Source of the DNA: Gammaproteobacteria bacterium
GTDB taxonomy: Bacteria > Pseudomonadota > Gammaproteobacteria > DSM-16500
Assembly: GCA_019634835.1 (NCBI GenBank)
Contig: JAHCAO010000006.1
Coordinates: 46,298-110,297, forward strand
Length of the DNA stretch: 64,000 bases
Direction of reading: 5' to 3'
The notes below the pieces were generated by a model. The model searched no databases. It was not told where the DNA came from and saw only the letters and a program-made list of their open reading frames with translations. This document shows positions 21,801-31,276 of this stretch, piece after piece. The translations under genes and the position numbers were made by a program. Position 1 is the stretch's first letter. Each line of letters starts with the position of its first letter.

Positions 21801-22341
21801 CATGCAAGAAATTGGTTTTACGCTTTACATGGATTTACTTTCACGTGCAGTAGATGCTTTAAAAGCTGGTAAAGAACCTGATTTGGAAAAATCCTTACTG
21901 CATCACCGATCTGAGGTTGATTTACATTTATCTGCCTTGATCCCAGAAGACTATCTTCCTGATGTTCAATTGCGTTTGCAATTTTATAAACGCATTGCCA
22001 ATGCAAAAAACCAGGATGAATTAGATGATATTCAAATAGAGTTAATTGATCGCTTTGGATTATTACCCGGACCGCTTAAAAGCCTAATTGCTATGACTGA
22101 GCTAAAACAGAAAGCAGACTCTCTTGGCATAATAAAAATCGAAGCCAATGACAAAGGAGGCAAATTTGAATTTGGTGAAAAACCCAACGTCAAGCCAGAA
22201 ACCATCATCCGCCTCATTCAAATGAAAACTCAACGTTATCGCCTCGATGGACCCACCCGCCTACGTTTCGTATTAGATAAGCATGAGCCTAAAGATCGAA
22301 TTGCATTTATCAACCAGTTGTTAAGTGAAGTAGCGGCATAG
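18877..22341 (+). CDS. mfd: Transcription-repair coupling factor
   Basis: 1154 aa. UvrB-homology N-terminus, RNAP-interaction domain, and helicase motifs GDVGFGKTEVA, DEEHRFGV and QLRGRVGR, plus the TRG motif. Confidence 0.97.
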   Translation: MKTIPTKNIQNSHLFCPPLPQNNGDQVVWKNLHGASTSLALSSIIAECNQPLFIIAPDNLYVSHLIDELQFFSGMKEIVIFPDWETLPYDHFSPHQDIISDRLSALYQISTLPYGAIITTVSTLMHRVAPRTFLEKHSFLLKIGDHLNIDQLRTRLSENGYHYVSQVREHGEFAIRGSIIDLYPMGTNTPYRIDLFDNEVETIRLFSPDTQRSLEKIHQIRLLPAKEFPLTSDAIEIFRQAWRSQFNGNPLRSPTYQDISEGICSPGIEYYLPLFFEKTATLFDYLPKNTLIATIGDTQAKANEFWQEINARFNQGRYDISRPLLAPQQAFLPVDVMNQFLHQYSNIQINNENKKHGHEFATHPVPSMDINHKATQPLTPLQQFTAEYTGRILFCVETLGRREVILQLFKSIALKPKYFTSWNEFLTSDARYGIVVTTLEEGFSIENPKLTILPETQLYGNRVMQRRLRKKSIQDPDTLIRDLTELQLNDPVVHIDHGIGRYLGLQTLKVGDQVGEFLTLEYQGKDKLYVPVASLHLISRYTGGNPEHIPINKLGTDLWSRTKRRAVEKIRDVAAELLDLYAKRAAGHGHTYELPKEQYATFATAFPFEETPDQLQAIDQVFADMTSDKPMDRVICGDVGFGKTEVALRAAFLAIQNNKQVVLLVPTTLLAQQHFENFRNRFAEWPIQVEMLSRFRTSKETKHIMQRMEDGKVDIVIGTHKLLQDDIKFKSLGLMIIDEEHRFGVKQKEKLKALRAMVDILTLTATPIPRTLNMALAGIRDLSVIATPPLRRLSVKTFVHEYQDQIIKEAIQREIMRGGQVYFLHNDVSTINKKADEVKALVHEARPLIAHGQMHERELERAMSEFYHRHANVLVCSTIIESGIDIPTANTIIINRADKFGLAQLHQLRGRVGRSHHQAYAYLLTPPKHTMTDDAIKRLGAIASLDDLGIGFTLATHDLEIRGAGELLGEEQSGNMQEIGFTLYMDLLSRAVDALKAGKEPDLEKSLLHHRSEVDLHLSALIPEDYLPDVQLRLQFYKRIANAKNQDELDDIQIELIDRFGLLPGPLKSLIAMTELKQKADSLGIIKIEANDKGGKFEFGEKPNVKPETIIRLIQMKTQRYRLDGPTRLRFVLDKHEPKDRIAFINQLLSEVAA

Positions 22342-22371
22342 GATTTTTTTCTGAGGAATCAATGAAGATTT

Positions 22372-25080
22372 ATGACGAATAGCCATCACGCTCAATACTA
22401 TATTTACTTTCAACAAATAAACACAGAAACTACTGTTCTTACCCCTAATCGCCGTCTCTCTGCCATCTTTCATAAATTATATCGCCAATATCAATTAGAA
22501 CAACAACATGAATTATGGGAAACTCCAACGATTTTGCCCGTATCAAGTTGGATACATCAACTCTGGAGTGATCACGCTGATAACACATTTTCCTCTCTTT
22601 TTTTACTAAATTCAGTACAAGAACATTATTTATGGGAAAAAATTTTAACCCATGAAAAAAGTAACGAGCAACTTTTACAAATATCTGAAACAGCAGAGTT
22701 AGCAAAATCTGCATGGAATTTATTAAGACAATGGCAAGTGGATATCAATCATCCCTGCTTTAATGCTTCTGACGATTATTCCGCATTACGCAAATGGGCA
22801 ATTGCATTTCAGCAGGATTGTGAGAAACATTGTTGGATTGACTCGGCCACTCTACCCAACATGCTGATTGAGAAGATTAAAGCTGGCAGTGTAACCCCTC
22901 CACAACACATCATGATGGTCGGATTTACTGAGTGTTCCCCTCAATTCAGTCAATTATTAAAAACATGTGAATTAGCTGGCAGCAAAATCAGTTATGTCGA
23001 TGTACCATCAACAATGATTGAACATAAACGCATTAGTTTAGCTGATCACGAAAATGAGATTCAAACTATGGCAAGATGGGCAAGATTAACATTAAAAAAC
23101 CACCCTACCGCTACCATTGGCTGTGTCATCCCCGCTCTGGAAAAAATGCGTGACCGCGTTGCACAATTATTTTCTGAAGTATTCGCAGAGGAAAGTACTT
23201 ACACTATCGATTTACAAAATAGTCCTTTCAATATCTCGGCTGGAAAGTCTCTAATACAGTACCCTATCATTCATGCTGCTTTACAACTATTATCATTACA
23301 TAAAAAAAATATTTCCAGCGCAACACTCAGTTTTATTTTATCCACTCCATTTATAGGTGAAGCTGAAGTCGAACGAATCAAACGTGCCAATTTTGACCGT
23401 TTATTACGGGAAAATAATAAAAATAATATTGATTTGTCTGCCTCTCTTAATGAAGATAAATCAAATATAACGTTATCATTAAAAAAACATTGTCCCTTTC
23501 TAGCAAGACGCATAGAAAAATTTTTGTTATTAGTGAATAACATTCAGAAAAAATTATCCTATAGCGAGTGGGCCACGCACTTCAACAACATGCTTATCGC
23601 ATTAGGATGGCCTGGTGAGAGAAGCTTAAACAGCGAGGAATACCAAATAGTGGATTGTTGGTTGAATTTGCTCAATGAGTATAAAACACTAGACTACGTT
23701 GCGAAGCCAACTCATTTTTCACAAGCGTTGTACCTGTTGCAAAAAACATTGGGCTCGAGTGTATTCCAACCTAAGTCTCCCGAAGCTCCCATCCAGATAT
23801 TGGGCATTCTGGAAGCAGCTGCAATACCCTTTCACTCTCTGTGGGTAGCCGGGTTAGACGATATATCCTGGCCGCCACCACCGCAACCTAATCCATTTAT
23901 TCCTAAGCGCTTACAACGTGAATTGCACATGCCGCATGCAACAGCAGAACGAGAGCTAATGTTTTGCAGTGCACTCATCAAACAGTTTAAGCAAAGTGCA
24001 AATTATGTTGTTTTCAGTCATGCGAATAAAAAAGATGGTCTTGAATTGCAACCTAGCCCCTTGATTAAAGATGTCATCAATATCAGTGAAGATGACTTAC
24101 CATTAGAGCCATACACTTTCCCCAGCAAAAAAATATTTCAAAATAGAAAAATACAACTCTTGCAAGATGACAAAGCCCCAATGATTCGCGATGATGAGGA
24201 AATACACGGCGGTGTCAATATCATTAAGCAACAAGCTTTATGTCCATTTAAGTCATTTTCTGAGTGTCGACTGCATGCCTATGAACTTGAAAGCCCCCTC
24301 CCTGGATTACGAGCAAAAGATAGAGGTAAGACAATACATAAATCGCTAGAAATTTTATGGGATAAACTGCAAGACCATGAAACATTACTGACTATCAAGG
24401 AAAATGAATTAAACACTTTAATACAAGATAGCATAGAAACAGCTATCAATTTCACCCCAAATTCGCATAGCGAATTGACACAATATATCTCACTAGAAAA
24501 AAAACGATTATTTACGCTCATTTCAGAATGGATACAACTAGAAAAAAAACGTCGTCCCTTTAAAGTGATACTCAGTGAAAAAATGACTCCAGTTACTTTA
24601 GGTCGATTGCAGCTTAATATTCGAGTTGATCGAATCGACGAATTAGAAGATGGGCGTCAATTTATCATCGACTACAAAAGCGGAAAAAACAACGATATTA
24701 ATAACTGGTTTGGTGACAGACCAGAAGAACCACAATTACCTCTTTATACTTTATTAGAACTCGAGAACATTTGCGGTATTACATTTGCTCAGATTTATCC
24801 TGGTGAATATGGCTTTAAAGGCATCAGCCATTACGCATTAGATATACCAGGCGTTAAACTCATCTCTGAAATCAAAAAGACAACTGCTTTGTCATGGCAT
24901 GAACAACTCAATCAATGGAAACACGTATTAACACAATTGAGTGATAATTTTTACCAAGGTGATGCTAGAGTCTATCCTAAAGATTCTTCAAAAACCTGCA
25001 TTTGGTGTGCGCTAAAACCATTATGTAGAATTAACGAGGAAATTACAGCGGCTCCCACTGACCTTACAGGAACCGTATAA
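22372..25080 (+). CDS. AddB-like PD-(D/E)XK nuclease subunit of an AddAB-type helicase-nuclease
   Basis: 902 aa with no Walker A. C-terminal nuclease motif IIDYKSGK, and four Cys arranged as in the AddB Fe-S cluster (CPFKSFSEC ... CIWCALKPLC). Its stop lies 1 nt before the addA-like start. Confidence 0.8.
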   Translation: MTNSHHAQYYIYFQQINTETTVLTPNRRLSAIFHKLYRQYQLEQQHELWETPTILPVSSWIHQLWSDHADNTFSSLFLLNSVQEHYLWEKILTHEKSNEQLLQISETAELAKSAWNLLRQWQVDINHPCFNASDDYSALRKWAIAFQQDCEKHCWIDSATLPNMLIEKIKAGSVTPPQHIMMVGFTECSPQFSQLLKTCELAGSKISYVDVPSTMIEHKRISLADHENEIQTMARWARLTLKNHPTATIGCVIPALEKMRDRVAQLFSEVFAEESTYTIDLQNSPFNISAGKSLIQYPIIHAALQLLSLHKKNISSATLSFILSTPFIGEAEVERIKRANFDRLLRENNKNNIDLSASLNEDKSNITLSLKKHCPFLARRIEKFLLLVNNIQKKLSYSEWATHFNNMLIALGWPGERSLNSEEYQIVDCWLNLLNEYKTLDYVAKPTHFSQALYLLQKTLGSSVFQPKSPEAPIQILGILEAAAIPFHSLWVAGLDDISWPPPPQPNPFIPKRLQRELHMPHATAERELMFCSALIKQFKQSANYVVFSHANKKDGLELQPSPLIKDVINISEDDLPLEPYTFPSKKIFQNRKIQLLQDDKAPMIRDDEEIHGGVNIIKQQALCPFKSFSECRLHAYELESPLPGLRAKDRGKTIHKSLEILWDKLQDHETLLTIKENELNTLIQDSIETAINFTPNSHSELTQYISLEKKRLFTLISEWIQLEKKRRPFKVILSEKMTPVTLGRLQLNIRVDRIDELEDGRQFIIDYKSGKNNDINNWFGDRPEEPQLPLYTLLELENICGITFAQIYPGEYGFKGISHYALDIPGVKLISEIKKTTALSWHEQLNQWKHVLTQLSDNFYQGDARVYPKDSSKTCIWCALKPLCRINEEITAAPTDLTGTV

Positions 25081-25081
25081 C

Positions 25082-28000
25082 ATGGACATAGCAGAGAATT
25101 TAATCGAACAAGACAAACAACATCGCCTATTAGCATTAGATCCAACTCAATCATTCATTGTTCAAGCACCCGCTGGGTCTGGAAAAACAGAATTACTGAT
25201 ACAACGCTTTCTCACTTTACTAAGTTGTGTCAAAAGCCCTGAAGAAATCCTTGCTATTACATTTACAAAAAAAGCCGCCAATGAAATGCGGGCAAGAGTA
25301 TTAAAATCACTGAAACAAGCATTAAATGACCCTGAACCCAACTCCCCTCATGCCAAAAAAACTTGGCTGTTAGCAAAAAATGCACTACAACGCGACGCTC
25401 AATATCAATGGAACTTAATTAACAATCCTAATCAATTACGAATTCAAACTATTGATTCACTCTGTTCGTTTTTAAATAAACAACTCCCATTGCTATCGCA
25501 TTTTGGATCGACACCAGATATTACAGACAACCCTACTATTTTATACAGAGAAGCAGTGCAAGAAGTGTTAATGCATGTAGAGGAAAATTTCGCTTGGTCA
25601 CAAGCCATCACCCGTATATTGCTGCATCTTGATAATGACTTAAACAAATTACAGGATTTACTGGTGAATTTGCTATCTAAGCGTGATCAATGGCTACCTT
25701 ATATCCAGTTCAACTCGAATGATGACGATATTAGAAAAATTTTAGAGCATCAATTAGGATTAGTCATTACCGATACATTAACAACCGTACGCCACCATGT
25801 CCCACACCACCTAGTTTCTGAATTGTTAGCCATCACACGCTTCGCTGCTGACCATAAAGGTCAGTATCCCGTTGACGCTGAATTAACAGCCTGCCAGCAC
25901 TTAACGCAATTGCCAGGTACAGCAGCAGACGATAAACTCACCTGGATTGGCCTAGGAAAATTACTATTAACAAAAGAGTATACTTGGCGAAAACGTGTTG
26001 ATGTGGGAATTGGCTTTCCTGCGCTGAAAAATATAAAAAATCCTCACGAAAAAACATTACATACTGAATACCGTCAGCGGTTTACTGCATTATTAACCGC
26101 TATGCATGATCATGAAAATTTCCGTTTAGCACTCATTGAAATCTTTCATCTTCCCCATTCAAGTTATAGCCAGGAACAATGGGAAATACTACAGTCATTA
26201 TTACAAATCTTAAAAGTAGCCGCAGCACAATTGCGCCTTGTTTTTCAGCAGCATGGACAAATTGACTTTATTGAAAACACACAAGCAGCACTTTCTGCAC
26301 TAGGAACGAGCGAGCAGCCCACTGATCTCGCTTTAGTACTTGATTACCAAATTAAACATATTCTCATTGATGAATTTCAAGATACCTCACACACACAATA
26401 TCAACTACTTGAAAAGTTGACTGCCGGCTGGGAAACCCATGATGGCCGCACATTATTTGTGGTAGGCGACCCCATGCAGTCTATTTATCGTTTCCGTGAG
26501 GCTGAAGTTGGTTTATTTATCCGCATGCGTAATCAAGGCATTCACCATCTTACTCTCACTCCTTTGACACTAGCCGTTAATTTCCGCTCTACTCCAACCA
26601 TTGTGGAGTGGAACAATTTATACTTCCGTACTATTTTCCCACCATTTAACAATATAGCCACAGGTGCAGTTTCGTACAGCCCTAGCGTATCAAATGCAGA
26701 CCCATGTTCCATGGTCCCATATGCTACTCATTCTGAAGAATTAGGCTTAAAAAACCTTCGGAATACAAACAACACCGATAAAACATCCATTGATATAGTT
26801 GGGTTTGTTGATGCAGTAAATGACACTGAAGCCGCTCATATCATTGATTTAATACAGGAAATAAAACAAAAATACCCTGAAGAAAAAATCGCCATTTTAG
26901 TAAGATCCCGAGCACACTTGATTGAAATTATTCCTGCCTTGAAAAGAGCGAATCTCGCTTATCATGCCATAGATATTGATCCTCTAGCATCGCGACAACC
27001 TATCCAAGATTTATTGTCACTTACCTGTGCTTTATTACATCCAGCAGATCGTATTGCTTGGTTATCCATTCTGCGCGCGCCATGGTGCGGGTTATCTTTA
27101 GCAGATTTACTGATCATCGCGGGCAGTGATCCGAAAGCAGCGATTTATGATCAACTTGAAAAGCAAAACATAAGACAACAATTAAGTGAGGAGGGTCGCC
27201 AACGTATTGACAAAATTTTTCCTTTGTTAAGAAAGAAAATAGCTGTGCGTGGGCGTTATCATTTACGAGCATGGATTGAAAGCACATGGTTATTATTAGG
27301 CGGTCCTGCTTGTTTAAGCGAATACACCGAAATCGATGACGTCAATGCCTTTTTCAAATTGTTAGAAGAGTTTAGTACCAACACTCAATCATTAAGTTTA
27401 GATAAATTAAGAGAGATTGTCAGCCAACTTTATGCTTCAACGCAACATGACGATGAAAATTTACAAATAATGACTATCCATACTGCTAAAGGGCTAGAAT
27501 TTGATACGGTTATCCTGCCGAAATTAGATAGAAAAAAACCTAACGATGATAAATCACTCTTACTTTGGATGGAGCGACCGCTGACCAACGACCAAATCGC
27601 CTTATTATTAGCTCCCATTCATGCCATTGGAAACGATAAAGATATCATCTATGAATATATCAACAAACAGATGCGAACCAAATCTGATTATGAAACAGAT
27701 AGATTGTTGTATGTAGCCGCAACACGCGCAAAAAAGCGCTTGTATTTATTCTTTAATGTACAAAGCAAGGAGAATGATGATCACAGAATTGAACCCGGCA
27801 GTTTTCTTGCAAAAATATGGCAACAAATTGAAAAAAACAAAAATAAAATTTTAAAATCAATCCCCCAAGAAAAAGAAGCTGATAGCCTTAACCTCCCTCC
27901 TCCTCACCGTTTTATTCAACGGATTCATTCCACATGGATTAACCCAATCAAAGAAACGGCGACAGAACAGGTTGCTTTACACCGAAAGTCAGCGGGATTT

Positions 28001-28537
28001 GAATTAGTGGATCACACACCTAAATTCATTGGTATTGCTACACACCGTATTCTTCAACGGATTTCGCATACAGGAACCAGCTGGTGGTCAGTTCGCACTA
28101 CTCAAGAAAAAATATATTATTTACAATCTCGGCTAAACCAGTTGGGAATCTCCGAGGATAAAATAACATCCTCTGCTCAGCTAGCATTAAAATCTGTGGA
28201 AAATATGTTGTCTGATGAACGCGGCAGATGGATATTAAAAAAGCATCGCGAAGCAAAATCTGAGTATGCGATTACTGCTCTTATCGACAATAAACTAGAA
28301 AGCTTAATCATTGATAGAACCTTTATCGATGAGGCAGGTACCTTATGGATTATTGACTACAAAACTGCGGCCTTGACTCATCTTGATTTAGCATCTTTTC
28401 TTGCTAAAGAGTATGAAAAATATTTAGAACAAATGCAAAAATATTATCTTGCATTAAAAATACATCACCATGGCTCTATACGATTAGGTTTATATTTTCC
28501 CGCTTTACCCGCATGGCGTGAATGGGAGCCAATCTGA
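25082..28537 (+). CDS. AddA-like UvrD/Rep-family helicase with C-terminal PD-(D/E)XK nuclease
   Basis: 1151 aa. Contains APAGSGKT, DEFQDTS, VGDPMQSIYRFR and TIHTAKGLEFD, with a C-terminal WIIDYKT nuclease motif. Confidence 0.85.
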   Translation: MDIAENLIEQDKQHRLLALDPTQSFIVQAPAGSGKTELLIQRFLTLLSCVKSPEEILAITFTKKAANEMRARVLKSLKQALNDPEPNSPHAKKTWLLAKNALQRDAQYQWNLINNPNQLRIQTIDSLCSFLNKQLPLLSHFGSTPDITDNPTILYREAVQEVLMHVEENFAWSQAITRILLHLDNDLNKLQDLLVNLLSKRDQWLPYIQFNSNDDDIRKILEHQLGLVITDTLTTVRHHVPHHLVSELLAITRFAADHKGQYPVDAELTACQHLTQLPGTAADDKLTWIGLGKLLLTKEYTWRKRVDVGIGFPALKNIKNPHEKTLHTEYRQRFTALLTAMHDHENFRLALIEIFHLPHSSYSQEQWEILQSLLQILKVAAAQLRLVFQQHGQIDFIENTQAALSALGTSEQPTDLALVLDYQIKHILIDEFQDTSHTQYQLLEKLTAGWETHDGRTLFVVGDPMQSIYRFREAEVGLFIRMRNQGIHHLTLTPLTLAVNFRSTPTIVEWNNLYFRTIFPPFNNIATGAVSYSPSVSNADPCSMVPYATHSEELGLKNLRNTNNTDKTSIDIVGFVDAVNDTEAAHIIDLIQEIKQKYPEEKIAILVRSRAHLIEIIPALKRANLAYHAIDIDPLASRQPIQDLLSLTCALLHPADRIAWLSILRAPWCGLSLADLLIIAGSDPKAAIYDQLEKQNIRQQLSEEGRQRIDKIFPLLRKKIAVRGRYHLRAWIESTWLLLGGPACLSEYTEIDDVNAFFKLLEEFSTNTQSLSLDKLREIVSQLYASTQHDDENLQIMTIHTAKGLEFDTVILPKLDRKKPNDDKSLLLWMERPLTNDQIALLLAPIHAIGNDKDIIYEYINKQMRTKSDYETDRLLYVAATRAKKRLYLFFNVQSKENDDHRIEPGSFLAKIWQQIEKNKNKILKSIPQEKEADSLNLPPPHRFIQRIHSTWINPIKETATEQVALHRKSAGFELVDHTPKFIGIATHRILQRISHTGTSWWSVRTTQEKIYYLQSRLNQLGISEDKITSSAQLALKSVENMLSDERGRWILKKHREAKSEYAITALIDNKLESLIIDRTFIDEAGTLWIIDYKTAALTHLDLASFLAKEYEKYLEQMQKYYLALKIHHHGSIRLGLYFPALPAWREWEPI

Positions 28538-28538
28538 T

Positions 28539-28712
28539 GGGATGAATGATGAGTTTTTTGCAGCGAGAGGAGGAGGATATTTTGTATGAACCATTCACTC
28601 GCAGACAGGAGTCTGCGAGAGCAAAACCCAATCAGGGATGAGTGTGTTTTGCGGTGAAGGGTGAAGGAAAAATATCCTCCTCCTCTCGCTGCAAAAAACT
28701 CATCATTCACCC
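28539..28712 (+). repeat. Family A palindromic element, copy A3
   Basis: Arms of about 44 bp (GGGATGAATGATGAGTTTTTTGCAGCGAGAGGAGGAGGATATTTT / complement, 1 mismatch near the tip) around the conserved core. It starts 2 nt after the addA-like stop. Confidence 0.9.
28586..28657 (+). other. Candidate micro-ORF inside the A3 core (MNHSLADRSLREQNPIRDECVLR)
   Basis: Intact ATG...TGA. GAGGAGGAGGA lies 8 nt upstream. Confidence 0.2.
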
Positions 28713-28737
28713 ATTCTAAACAGATCCTAGTACGTTT

Positions 28738-28878
28738 CCGCACTAAGTTTGACCTGCGACTGCAAAGCCTCGAGGTCCTGTCATAGGCCAACTCTTTTTG
28801 TGCTCGCAAGCTGCGCGGGAAAAAGTTGGCCTATGACACTCATCGAACCAACCTCAATATGACTCAAACTTAGTGCGG
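28738..28878. repeat. Nested imperfect palindrome (family E, single copy in the window)
   Basis: Outer stem CCGCACTAAGTTTGA (28738-28752) / TCAAACTTAGTGCGG (28864-28878). Inner stem TGTCATAGGCCAACT (28779-28793) / AGTTGGCCTATGACA (28824-28838). Confidence 0.6.
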
Positions 28879-28884
28879 GATGCA

Positions 28885-29718
28885 CTAGTCTTCTACAAAA
28901 AGGTCTGATACAACAGGCATAAATTTATGCATGGCATATTTTTTAAAATCTGTCACACCACGCTGGCGTAATATCGCTTCATCAATAAAAAAATTGCCGG
29001 TCAAGTCACGGCTGTCCGTTGTAATGATTTCATGCGCTGCATCCGCCACAATATCCGGTTTGCGACTAGCATGATAAAGTAATTTTGAAATATTGACTGA
29101 GATAGCTGCGGTTGCAATAAGCGTTTTTGGCCAGAGTGAATTTACCGCAATGCCATATTTTTTAAATTCTTCTGCCATGCCTAATGTGCACATACTCATC
29201 CCGTATTTTGACATCGTATAAGCAACATGTTTTTTAAACCATTTAGGATTCATGTTCAATGGTGGAGAAAGGTTAAGAATATGTGGATTGGCTGCCTCTT
29301 TAAGGTATGGAATGCATAATTTAGAACACATAAACGTCGCACGCACATTCACTGCAAAAATCAAATCAAAACGCTTCATAGGAATGTCTAATGTAGAACC
29401 TAAGTGAATGGCACTGGCATTGTTAATTAACACGTCAATGCCACCAAATGTTTCAACCGTTTTTTTTATCGCCTCTGAAACCATATTTTCATCGCGTACA
29501 TCGACAATCACTGGCAACGCTTTACCACCAGCTTTTCCCACTTCATCTGCCACACTATAAATGGTACCTTCTAATGTTGGATGGGGTTCTGACGATTTAG
29601 CTGCAATAACAATTTTTGCTCCTTCACGAGCACAACGCAGCGCTATTTCACGACCAATGCCTCTGCTAGCTCCTGTAATAAATATGACTTTATCTTTTAA
29701 TGGTATTGACATATTCAC
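28885..29718 (-). CDS. SDR-family oxidoreductase (HSDL2-like)
   Basis: TGASRGIG cofactor motif, NNAS, and YTMSKYG catalytic Y-x3-K. Confidence 0.85.
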   Translation of the reverse strand: MNMSIPLKDKVIFITGASRGIGREIALRCAREGAKIVIAAKSSEPHPTLEGTIYSVADEVGKAGGKALPVIVDVRDENMVSEAIKKTVETFGGIDVLINNASAIHLGSTLDIPMKRFDLIFAVNVRATFMCSKLCIPYLKEAANPHILNLSPPLNMNPKWFKKHVAYTMSKYGMSMCTLGMAEEFKKYGIAVNSLWPKTLIATAAISVNISKLLYHASRKPDIVADAAHEIITTDSRDLTGNFFIDEAILRQRGVTDFKKYAMHKFMPVVSDLFVED

Positions 29719-29730
29719 TCCATTCCTTTT

Positions 29731-30273
29731 TTAAATTTCCCGCCACATTTGCCGCCCTTGCTGTACCCTATGCAGCTTATCTTGACATAACACGGTCGTC
29801 CCCTCTTCAGGTAAAGCAACCGTACTTTGCATGATAAACTTCCCATGGAATGCCTCCGGCAGTAAATATAAAGTAATACGGTAATATTTACTTATTGACG
29901 ATTGTGCATGATGACTTTTTACAATCATTCCACAGGGATCGATACCTAAAAATTCAACTGCATAATGATAACGAATTTCACCAAGATTACCACTACACGC
30001 ATGGGACTGCCACCATGTTGCATCCTTTATCTTTAACTCAGTGGATGGAATCATGGGTATTCTACATCTAGTGGAAGTTACCATACTGACATCTTCTAAC
30101 TGACGCAATATTTTATTACTAGTACGCTGATACAAATGACTTTGCCATTGGTGGCTATATCGTTTCATTGATTGTGATAGATAGGTAAGGCTATATAAGC
30201 TTAACAACGAAAATATTTGTAGAAATACCAGCACTGTGATCAATACCATTCCGGAGGACCATGTCTTTCTCAT
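29731..30273 (-). CDS. PilX-like type IV pilus minor assembly protein
   Basis: 180 aa. N-terminal hydrophobic helix (GMVLITVLVFLQIFSLLSLYSL) of the PilX_N type. Positioned after the pilV- and pilW-like genes. Confidence 0.55.
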   Translation of the reverse strand: MRKTWSSGMVLITVLVFLQIFSLLSLYSLTYLSQSMKRYSHQWQSHLYQRTSNKILRQLEDVSMVTSTRCRIPMIPSTELKIKDATWWQSHACSGNLGEIRYHYAVEFLGIDPCGMIVKSHHAQSSISKYYRITLYLLPEAFHGKFIMQSTVALPEEGTTVLCQDKLHRVQQGRQMWREI

Positions 30274-30295
30274 TTTGCTACCTTTGCAATACTAA

Positions 30296-30428
30296 ATCAG
30301 GCATTCGTTGAAGGTCATCATCCTATTGTTTTTAAGCTCCCAACGCGCCATCCATGGCGTTTAGGATTGCATCCTGCAATCCAGTCGCCTAAAAATAATA
30401 GAATGACGACCTTCAACGAATGCCTGAT
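30296..30428 (-). repeat. Family C palindromic element, copy C2 (core inverted relative to C1)
   Basis: Core AGCTCCCAACGCGCCATCCATGGCGTTTAGGATTGCATCCTGCAATCCAGTCGCCT is the reverse complement of the C1 core. Arms of about 38 bp carry 3 transition mismatches. It overlaps the last 5 codons and the stop of the pilW-like ORF. Confidence 0.85.
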
Positions 30429-31276
30429 ACTGAATACATATACTTATTTTTTTTAAGAGAATCAGCACGCACTTCCAAATCTATTCCTACCCCAACCACT
30501 TTCGACCAATCTGAAATTTTATCTGCTGATACTTCCTCTAATTTTTCTGCTTGCATAAATGAATAAGTAATCTTCATCTTATTTATATTTTCTACTAATT
30601 CTGATTTACGCTGTTTAATATCCTTTACAAATAATGCATATATGATTGTCCCATCTTGGTTACGCCGGTTTGTTGGAGCTACATAATAAGTATTCACAAC
30701 AAACCGACTTATTTCTGAATATTTTTCATATTTATGATGTAATGGAGACAAAGCAATTAACTCTTGGTGTGCTCCTTTAATTTTCACTTGTTGTACTGTA
30801 AATAATTCGGCACGTTGACAATTTGAAATGATTAATACATCACCAGAAGAAAAATGGACATGCTGGCTGGTCTCTAGCGTAATATTATCAGTCATTGATT
30901 GATTTAATACCGCATTAGGATAATCTGCATAGCGCACTGTGATTTCATTTGATGCATTACCTATCATTTTATTTTTTGGATTTATTGTATAAGAAAGGTA
31001 GGACATCACTGGAAAATCTTCTGTTAACTGTCCGCAACCGATTGTTCCAGCTTTTTGAATTTCAGATGTTAATATTGCTGTTGCAGCATAAGCATTATCT
31101 TGTATGTCAATCATAGCAGTTTGTAATTTGACGCTTCGTTGAGAAATAAGGTACATCTCAAGCAAAACAAATATCAATAATATTCCTATAGTCATTGATA
31201 CTAATACCTCTACCAGCGTCAAGCCATACGACGATACTTGTTTAAAATAATTGGGAACCGCTGCAGGTCTACGCAA
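30413..31276 (-). CDS. PilW-like type IV minor pilin
   Basis: Prepilin cleavage/methylation motif G|LTLVEVLVS followed by a hydrophobic helix. The start is proposed at TTG 31276, overlapping the pilV-like stop by 8 nt. The longest ORF runs to 31375 and would overlap pilV by about 100 nt. Start uncertain. Confidence 0.65.
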   Translation of the reverse strand: MRRPAAVPNYFKQVSSYGLTLVEVLVSMTIGILLIFVLLEMYLISQRSVKLQTAMIDIQDNAYAATAILTSEIQKAGTIGCGQLTEDFPVMSYLSYTINPKNKMIGNASNEITVRYADYPNAVLNQSMTDNITLETSQHVHFSSGDVLIISNCQRAELFTVQQVKIKGAHQELIALSPLHHKYEKYSEISRFVVNTYYVAPTNRRNQDGTIIYALFVKDIKQRKSELVENINKMKITYSFMQAEKLEEVSADKISDWSKVVGVGIDLEVRADSLKKNKYMYSVSGIR

